Part shown: in pieces, positions 51,887 through 64,000 of the stretch
Position numbering within the stretch: position 1 is the first letter of the stretch
How the letters are laid out: every line of letters starts with the position of its first letter
Assembly: GCF_009914755.1 (NCBI RefSeq)
Contig: NC_060948.1
Reading direction: 5' to 3' (one strand)
DNA length: 64,000 nt
Source: the human T2T-CHM13v2.0 reference genome, Homo sapiens
Program-made: the position numbers and the translations under genes
Notes under the pieces: model-generated
The model's database searches: none
What the model saw: only the letters and a program-made list of their open reading frames with translations
What the model was told of the DNA's origin: nothing

Positions 51887-54014
51887 AGATCCATATTTTT
51901 TAAATGAAAAAAAATTTCAAAGGTACTCTGCTTGGTACAATAATCAAATGTGTAAACTGAGGATTAAAACATAACCATGAAACCTACTTATAACTGCATA
52001 TGGAAAATACAGAGGATAATTTTTTAAATAACATATTTTGAAAGCCTTAACTAGTAATTTGAAGAGTTGGCATTTGAAAGGCCAGTATGAATATACCTTC
52101 AAAGCAGCAACACAGGTTCCCCATGAGAAAAAGCAAACTCAGGGAAAATAAAACCACAAAGGTTCAATCTCTTCTGACCTTTGAAAGACACAGCACAGAC
52201 AGTGGTCCTTAGGACGAAGAGCAGGCGACCCCTAATTCCGTCACCATCGCGATAGGGCATAAACCTTGCTGGGTGAGGGCACAATCCACATTGTGAGGTC
52301 CAACTGCTGCCAGGAAGACAGGAGTGCTTTTACATAGACCGAAAGGTCATTGAAGGCTCAGAGTTTTGTTTCAAGAACTGAATCCCAAGCCCACACGTTA
52401 TTAGGCTGCGCTTCTTAAAACAAGTTATGAGATGGGAAAAAGGGCACCCACAAACATACGTATACATTATGTATATAATAATATACAGTATCATATATAT
52501 AATATATATAACCTATGTATAATATTGTTTTACATCCTGCATCTTATATTATATATATTGTATAAAATATAATAATTGATAATATATAAGTTTTATATTT
52601 ATACATTAAGACATATAGTATATATTATAATTTATGACATATATAATATATGTTATATATCATATACAGAATATATTATACGGTTAATATATGTATTAAA
52701 TATAATTTATACATTATATATATTATATATAATATATCTGTTATATATAATACCCATTATTCATAATATATATATTATGTCTATGTTATATATAGTATAA
52801 AACAACATATAATAATATATAATTGTATATATAAAATGCGACATATAATATATATTATATTTTATGACATATGTAATATATATTATATATTATATATAAT
52901 ACGTTGTATGTATAATATCTATATTAAATATATATTATATGACTATGTTATTAATTACATGTCACATATGTTATATATTACATATTTTACATAGAATATA
53001 CCGGTTACATACAATATATACTATGTTACCTACAATGTATAATTGATTACATGTAAAATAATGAATGCAATATATTATGTATAATTTATAATATACAATA
53101 AGTGGAATGTGATATATATAACATATATTATATGATATATGATATACAGTATATGATATATAACATACAATATATGATACCTAATATATATGGTATACAA
53201 TATATATTTTATGATATGTATTCTATATGTTTTATATTCTGTTATATATAACTATTTGAAATTATATATAACTGTATAATATTTTATGTAAATATGTAAT
53301 ATAATATATATAACTATATAATATATTATATATAACTATATATTATGTTATATATACTTTCATAACATAATTTACATAAAATGTCATAATATAATATATA
53401 TTATATTATTTCATATTACATAATATATATTACATATCACCCAACATAAGTAACATACATAATATTATATTATAGATTATATTATATTATATTAAATATC
53501 ATATATATCATGTATCATATATTCTAAAATATATATTACACATTATATAATATGTATGTTGTCTATTATGTGATATATATAACTATATATATAATTATGT
53601 TATTATACATATAACTAGATAAACATGTAATTCTACATATTTTCATTTATAATATATAGAATTATATAATCATATATAATTATTTATATTCTATAAAAAA
53701 TTATATCATTATATAAATTATAATATATAAAAATTATAATATGTACTACAAATATATATATTATATATCATATATGATATAGTACCTTTGTTATATATCA
53801 TAATACATATAAATGTGTATTATGTTATCTATAATTATATAATTTCATATATAAGATGTATAATATGTATTATATATTATACATGTTATGTAATATATAT
53901 AGTATATATAAGATGACACAGGATAAATATTATATACTATGACATATAAAATATATGAGGTTATATGTTACATATAAGGCATAGCACATAACATGTAATA
54001 TATATCATATATAA

Positions 54015-54306
54015 TTTTTTTTTAGACAGAGTCTTGTCCTGTTGCACAGGGTGGGGTACAATGGCGCCAACTTTGCTCACTGCAACATCTGCCTCACGGG
54101 TCCAAGCGATTGTCCTCCCTCAGCCTCCCAGGTAGCTGGGACTACACCACACTGGGACTACACCAGCTGCCACCATGCCTAGCTAATTTTTTGGATTTTT
54201 AGTAGTGACAGCGTTTCACTGTATTGGCCAGGATGGTCTTGATCTCTTCACCTTGTGATCCCCTTGCCTTGGCCTCCAAATTTGCTGGGATTACAGGCCT
54301 GAGCCA
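54015..54306 (-). mobile_element. Alu copy 23 (DYZ2 subunit)
   Basis: Same motifs. Confidence 0.92.
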
Positions 54307-56434
54307 AGATCCATATTTTTTAAATGAAAAAAAATTTCAAAGGTACTCTGCTTGGTACAATAATCAAATGTATAAACTGAGGAATAAAACATAACCATGA
54401 AACCTACTTATAACTGCATATGGAAAATACAGAGGATAATTTTTTAAATAACATATTTTGAAAGCCTTAACTAGTAATTTGAAGAGTTGGCATTTGAAAG
54501 GCCAGTATGAATATACCTTCAAAGCAGCAACACAGGTTCCCCATGAGAAAAAGCAAAGTCAGGGAAAATAAAACCACAAAGGTTCAATCTCTTCTGACCT
54601 TTGAAAGACACAGCACAGACAGTGGTCCTTAGGACGAAGAGCAGGAGACCCCTAATTCCGTCACCATGGCGATAGGGCATAAACATTGCTGGGTGAGGGC
54701 ACAATCCACATTGTGAGGTCCAACTGCTGCCAGGAAGACAGGAGTGCTTTTACATAGACCGAAAGGTCATTGAAGGCTCAGAGTTTTGTTTCAAGAACTG
54801 AATCCCAAGCCCACACGTTATTAGGCTGCTCTTCTTAAAACAAGTTATGAGATGGGAAAAAGGGCACCCACAAACATACGTATACATTATGTATATAATG
54901 ATATACAGTATCATATATATAATATATATAACCTGTGTATAATATTGTTTTACATCCTGCATCTTATATTATATATATTGTATAAAATATAATAGTTGAT
55001 AATATATAAGTTTTATATTTATACAATATGACATATAGTATATATTATAATTTATGACATATATAATATATGTTATATATCATATATAGAATATATTATA
55101 CGGTTAATATACGTATTAAATATAAACTATACATTATATATATTTTATATAATATATCTGTTATATATAATACCCATTATGCATAATATATATATTATGT
55201 CCATATTAAATATAGTATAAAACAACACATAATAATATATAATTGCATATATAAAATGCGACATAAAATATATATTATATTTTATGACATATGTAATATA
55301 TATTATATATTATATATAATACGTTGTATGTATAATACCTATATTAAATATATATTATATGACTATGTTACTAATTACATGTCACATGTGTTATATATTA
55401 TATATTTTACATACAATATACCGGTTACATACAATATATACTATGTTACCTACAATGTATAATTGATTACATGTAAAATAAAGAATGCAATATATTATGT
55501 ATAATTTATAATATACAATATGTGGAATGTGATATATATAATATATGTTATATGATATATGATATACAGTATATGATATATAACATACAATATATGATAC
55601 CTAATATATATGGTATACAATATATATTTTATGATATGTATTCTCTATGTTTTATATTCTGTTATATATAACTATTTGAAATTATATATAACTGTATAAT
55701 ATTTTATGTAAATATGTAATATAATATATATAACTATATAATATATTATATATAACTATATATTATGTTATATATACTTTTATAACACAATTTACATAAA
55801 ATATCATAATATAATATATATTATATTATTTCATATTACATAATATATATTACATATCACCCAACATAAGTAACATACATAATATTATAATATAGATTAT
55901 ATTATGATATACTAAATATCATATATATCATGTATCACATATTCTATAATATATATTACACATTATATAATATGTATTTTGTCTATTATGTGATATATAT
56001 AACTATATATATAATTATATTATTATATATATAACTAGATAAACATGTAATTCTACATATTTTCATTTATAATATATAGAATTATATAATCATATATAAT
56101 TATTTATATTCTATAAAAAATTATATCATTATATAAATTATAATATATAAAAATTATAATATGTACTACAAATATATATATTATATATCATATATGATAT
56201 AGTACCTTTGTTATATATCATAATACATATAAATGTGTATTATGTTATCTATAATTATATAATTTCATATATAAGATGTATAATATGTATCATATATTAT
56301 ATAAGTTATATAATATATATAGTATATATAAGATGACACAGGATAAATATTATATACTATGACATATAAAATATATGAGGTTATATGTTACATATAAGGC
56401 ATAGCACATAACATGTAATATATATCATATATAA

Positions 56435-56725
56435 TTTTTTTTTAGACAGAGTCTTGTCCTGTTGCACAGGGTGGGGTACAATGGCGCCATCTTTGCTCAC
56501 TGCAACATCTGCCTCATGGGTCCAAGCGATTGTCCTCCCTCAGCCTCCCAGGTAGCTGGGACTACACCACACTGGGACTACACCAGCTGCCACCATGCCT
56601 AGCTAATATTTGGATTTTTAGTAGTGACAGCGTTTCACTGTATTGGCCAGGATGGTCTTGATCTCTTCACCTTGTGATCCCCTTGCCTTGGCCTCCAAAT
56701 TTGCTGGGATTACAGGCCTGAGCCA
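56435..56725 (-). mobile_element. Alu copy 24 (DYZ2 subunit)
   Basis: Same motifs; linker GCTAATATTTGG. Confidence 0.92.
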
Positions 56726-58829
56726 AGATCCATATTTTTTAAATGAAAAAAAATTTCAAAGGTACTCTGCTTGGTACAATAATCAAATGTATAAACTGAG
56801 GAATAAAACATAACCAGGAAACCTACTTATAACTGCATATGGAAAATACAGAGGATAATTTTTTAAATAACATATTTTGAAAGCCTTAACTAGTAATTTG
56901 AAGAGTTGGCATTTGAAAGGCCAGTATGAATATACCTTCAAAGCAGCAACACAGGTTCCCCATGAGAAAAAGCAAACTCAGGGAAAATAAAACCACAAAG
57001 GTTCAATCTCTTCTGACCTTTGAAAGACACAGCACAGACAGTGGTCCTTAGGACGAAGAGCAGGAGACCCCTAATTCCGTCACCATAGCGATAGGGCATA
57101 AACATTGCTGGGTGAGGGCACAATCCACATTGTGAGGTCCAACTGCTGCCAGGAAGACAGGAGTGCTTTTACATAGACCGAAAGGTCATTGAAGGCTCAG
57201 AGTTTTGTTCAAGAACTGAATCCCAAGCCCACACGTTATTAGGCTGCGCTTCTTAAAACAAGTTATGAGATGGGAAAAAGGGCACCCACAAACATACGTA
57301 TACATTATGTATATAATAATATACAGTATCATATATATAATATATATAACCTACGTATAATATTGTTTTACATCCTGCATCTTATATTATATATATTGTA
57401 TAAAATATAATAATTGATAATATATAAGTTTTATATTTATACATTATGACATATAGTATATATTATAGTTTATGACGTGTATAATATATGTTATATATCA
57501 TATATAGAATATATTGTACGGTTAATATACGTATTAAATATAAATTATACATTATATATATTATATATAATATATCTGTTATATATAATACACATTATGC
57601 ATAATATATATATTATGTCTATGTTATATATAGTATAAAACAACATATAATAATATATAATTGTATATATAAAATGCGACATATAATATATATTATATTT
57701 TATGACATCTGTAATATATATTATATATTATATATAATACGTTGTATGTATAATACCTATCTTAAATATATATTATATGACTATGTTATTAATTACATGT
57801 CACATGTGTTATATATTATATATTTTACATAGAATATACCGGTTACATACAATATGTACTATGTTACCTATAATGTATAATTTATCACATGTAAAATAAA
57901 GAATGCAATATATTATGTATAATTTATAATATACAACATGTGGAATGTGATATATATAACATATAATATATGATATATGATATGCAGTATATGATATATA
58001 ACATACAATATATGATACCTAATATATATGGTATACAATATATATTTTATGATATGTATTCTATATGTTTTATATTCTGTTATATATAACTATTTGAAAT
58101 TATATATAACTGTATAATATTTTATGTAAATATGTAATATAATATATATAACTATATAATATATTATATATAACTATATATTATGTTATATATACTTTTA
58201 TAACATAATTTACATAAAATGTCATAATATAATATATATTATATTATTTCATATTACATAATATATATTGCATATCACCCAATATAAGTAACATACATAA
58301 TATTATAATATAGATTATATTATGTTATATTAAATATCATATATATCATGTATCATATATTCTATAATATATATTATACATTATATAATATGTATGTTGT
58401 CTATTATGTGATATATATAACTATATATATAATTATATTATTATACATATAACTAGATAAACATGTAATTCTACATATTTTCATTTATAATATATAGAAT
58501 TTTATAATCATATATAATTATTTATATTCTATAAAAAATTATATCATTATATAAATTATAATATATAAAAATTATAATATGTACTACAAATATATATATT
58601 ATATATCATATATGATATAGTACCTTTGTTATATATCATAATACATATAAAGGTGTATTGTGTTATCTATAATTATATAATTTCATATATAGGATGTATA
58701 ATATGTATTATATATTATATATGTTATGTAATATATATAGTATATATAAGATGACACAGGATAAATATTATATACTATGACATATAAAATATACGAGGTT
58801 ATATGTTACATATAAGGCATAGCACATAA

Positions 58830-59144
<315 letters not shown>

Positions 59145-61242
59145 AGATCCATATTTTTTAAATGAAAAAAAATTTCAAAAGTACTCTGCTTGGTACAATA
59201 ATCAAATGTATAAACTGAGGAATAAAACATAACCATGAAACCTACTTATAACTGCATATGGAAAATACAGAGGATAATTTTTTAAATAACATATTTTGAA
59301 AGCCTTAACTAGTAATTTGAAGAGTTGGCATTTGAAAGGCCAGTATGAATATACCTTCAAAGCGGCAACACAGGTTCTCCATGAGAAAAATCAAACTCAG
59401 GGAAAATAAAACCACAAAGGTTCAATCTCTTCTGACCTTTGAAAGACACAGCACCGACAGTGGTCCTTAGGACGAAGAGCAGGAGACCCCTAATTCCGTC
59501 ACCATGGCGATAGGGCATAAACATTGCTGGGTGAGGGCACAATCCACATTGTGAGGTCCAACTGCTGCCAGGAAGACAGGAGTGCTTTTACATAGACCGA
59601 AAGGTCATTGAAGGCTCAGAGTTTTGTTTCAAGAACTGAATCCCAAGCCCACACGTTATTAGGCTGCGCTTCTTAAAACAAGTTATGAGATGGGAAAAAG
59701 GGCACCCACAAACATACGTATACACTATGTATATAATAATATACAGTATCATATATATAATATATATAACCTATGTATAATATTGTTTTACCTCCTGCAT
59801 CTTATATATATTGTATAAAATATAATAATTGATAATATATAAGTTTTATATTTACACAATATGACATATAGTATATACTATAATTTATGACATATATAAT
59901 ATATGTTATATATCATATATAGAATATATTATACGGTTAATATACGTATTAAATATAAATTATACATTATATATATTATATATAATATATCTGTTATATA
60001 TAATACCCATTATGCATAATATATATATTATGTCTATGTTATATATATTATAAAACAACATATAATAATATATAATTGTATATATAAAATGCGACGTATA
60101 ATATATATTATATTTTATTACATATGTAATATATATTATATATTATATATAATACGTTGTATGTATAATACCTATCTTAAATATATATTATATGACTATG
60201 TTATTAATTATATGTCACATGTGTTATATATTATATATTTTACATAGAATATACCGGTTACATACAATATATACTATGTTACCTATAATGTATAATTTAT
60301 TACATGTAAAATAAAGAATGCAATATATTATGTATAATTTATAATATACAATATGTGGAATGTGATATATATAACATATAATATATGATAGATGATATGC
60401 AGTATATGATATATAACATACAATATATGATACCTAATATATATGGAATACAATATATATTTTATGGTATGTATTCTATATGTTTTATATTCTGTTATAT
60501 ATAACTATTCGAAATTATATATAACTGTATAATATTTTATGTAAATATGTAATATAATATATATAACTATATAATATATTATATATAACTATATATTATG
60601 TTATAAGTACTTTTATAACAAAATTTACATAAAATATCATAATATAATATATATTATATTATTTCATATTACATAATATATATTACGTATCACCCAATAT
60701 AAGTAACATACATAATATTATAATATAGAATATATTATGTTATATTAAATATCATATATATCATGTATCATATATTCTATAATATATATTATACATTATA
60801 TAATATGTATGTTGTCTATTATGTGATATATAACTATATATATAATTATATTATTATACATATAACTAGATAAACATGTAATTCTACATATTTTCATTTA
60901 TAATATATAGAATTATATAATCATATATAATTATTTATATTGTATAAAAAATTATATCATTATATAAATTATAATATATAAAAATAATAATATGTACTAC
61001 AAATATATATATTATATATCATCTATGATATAGTACCTTTGTTATATATCATAATACATATAAATGTGTATTGTGTTATCTATAATTATATAATGTCATA
61101 TATAAGATGTATAACATGTATTATATATTATATATTTTATGTAATATATATAGTATATATAAGATAACACAGGATAAATATTATATACTATGACATATAA
61201 AATATATGAGGTTATATGTTACATATAAGGCATAGCACATAA

Positions 61243-61557
<315 letters not shown>

Positions 61558-63662
61558 AGATCCATATTTTTTAAATGAAAAAAAATTTCAAAAGTACTCT
61601 GCTTGGTACAATAATCAAATGTATAAACTGAGGAATAAAACATAACCATGAAACCTACTTATAAATGCATATGGAAAATACAGAGGATAATTTTTTAAAT
61701 AACATATTTTGAAAGCCTTAACTAGTAATTTGAAGAGTTGGCATTTGAAAGGCCAGTATGAATATACCTTCAAAGCAGCAACACAGGTTCCCCATGAGAA
61801 AAAGCAAACTCAGGGAAAATAAAACAACAAAGGTTCAATCTCTTCCGACCTTTGAAAGACACAGCACAGACAGTGGTCCTTAGGACGAATAGCAGGAGAC
61901 CCCTAATTCCGTCACCATGGCGATAGGGCATAAACATTGCTGGGTGAGGGCACAATCCACTTTGTGAGGTCCAACTGTTGCCAGGAAGACAGGAGTGCTT
62001 TTCCATAGACCGAAAGGTCATTGAAGGCTCAGAGTTTTGTTTCAAGAACTGAATCCCAAGCCCACACGTTATTGGGCTGCGCTTCTTAAAACAAGTTATG
62101 AGATTGGAAAAAGGGCACCCACAATCATACGTATACATTATGTATATAATAATATACAGTATCATATATATAATATATATAACCTATGTATAATATTGTT
62201 TTACATCCTGCATCTTATCTTACATATATTGTATAAAATATTATAATTGATTATATATAAGTTTTATATTTATACAATATGACATATAGTATATATTATA
62301 ATTTATGACATATATAATATATGTTATATATCATATATAGAATATATTATACGGTTAATATACGTATTAAATATAAATTATACATTATATACATTATATA
62401 TAATATATCTGTTATATATAATACCCATTATGCATAATATATATATTATGTCTATGTTATATATAGTATAAAACAACATATAATAATATATAATTGTATA
62501 TATAAAATGTGACATATAATATATATTATATTTTATGCCATATGTAATATATATTATATATTATATATAATACGTTGTATGTATAATACCTATATTAAAT
62601 ATATATGATATGACTATGTTATTAATTACATGTGACATGTGTTATATATTATATATTTTACATACAATATACCGGTTACATACAATATATACTATCTTAC
62701 CTACAATGTATAATTTATTACATGTAAAATAAAGAATGCAATATATTATGTATAATTTATAATATACAATATGTGGAATGTGATATATATAACATATAAC
62801 ATATGATATATGATATACAGTATATGATATATAACAGACAATATATGATACCTAATATATATGGTATACAATATATATTTTATGATATGTATTCTATATG
62901 TTTTATATTCTGTTATATATAACTATTTGAAATTATATATAACTGTATAATATTTTATGTAAATATGTAATATAATATATATAACTATATAATATATTAT
63001 ATATAACTATATATTATGTTATATATACTTTTATAACATAATTTACAAAAAATATCATAATATAATATATATTATATTATTTCATATTACATAATATATA
63101 TTACATATCACCCAATATAAGTAACATACATAATATTATAATATAGATTATATTATGTTATATTAAATATCATATATATCATGTATCATATATTCTACAA
63201 TATATATTATACATTATATAATATGTAAGTTGTCTATTATGGGATATATATAACTATATATATAATTACATTATTAAACATATAACTAGATAAACATGTA
63301 ATTCTTCATATTTTCATTTATAATATATAGAATTATATAATCATATATAATTATTTATATTCTATAAAAAATTATATCATTATATAAATTATAATATATA
63401 AAAATTATAATATGTACTAAAAACAGATACATTATATATCATATATGATATAGTACCTTTGTTATATATCATAATACATATAAATGTGTATTATGTTATC
63501 TATAATTATATAATTTCGTATATAAGATGTATAATATGTTTTATATATTTTATATGTTATGTAATATATATAGTATATATAAGATGACACAGGATAAATA
63601 TTATATACTATGACATATAAAATATATGAGGTTATATGTTACATATAAGTCATAGCACATAA

Positions 63663-63977
<315 letters not shown>

Positions 63978-64000
63978 AGAACCACATTTTTTAAATGAAA

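Noticed and set aside
52576-55462. Ile/Tyr-rich ORFs (52576-52800, 54750-54962, 55256-55462)
   Set aside because: Translations of (TA)-rich low-complexity DNA; unit-private and compositionally artefactual.
61770-62165. 131-aa ORF, the longest in the track
   Set aside because: A chance extension of the 61-aa frame after stop-removing SNVs in one diverged unit; its N-terminus is translated AT-rich repeat.

Overview
The whole 64 kb window is one uninterrupted, head-to-tail, single-orientation tandem array of a ~2420-bp unit (about 26.4 copies; periods 2410-2422 bp). Each unit has three parts: ~1.55 kb of degenerate, extremely AT-rich sequence, a ~292-bp old Alu on the minus strand (5'-clipped, with a fixed internal 16-bp duplication), and a ~575-bp moderately GC-rich segment matching the size and position of HSATI. 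This architecture, and a predicted 2146-bp HaeIII fragment, identify the human DYZ2 / HSat1B satellite, most likely from Yq12 heterochromatin. I found no credible protein-coding gene, RNA gene or CRISPR array, and no new biological system; the supplied ORFs are repeat artefacts. What is of interest is the array's internal history. A young, nearly homogeneous left layer (1-30 kb) has haplotype blocks recurring at 4-unit (9673 bp) and 8-unit (19339 bp) offsets. Mosaic transition units follow (30-34 kb), then a 7-unit subfamily block (~33.5-50.3 kb) with staggered variant tracts. The right flank (50-64 kb) is progressively more diverged and more ancestral-looking, which suggests an array edge downstream. 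All comparisons were made by eye, not by alignment software.
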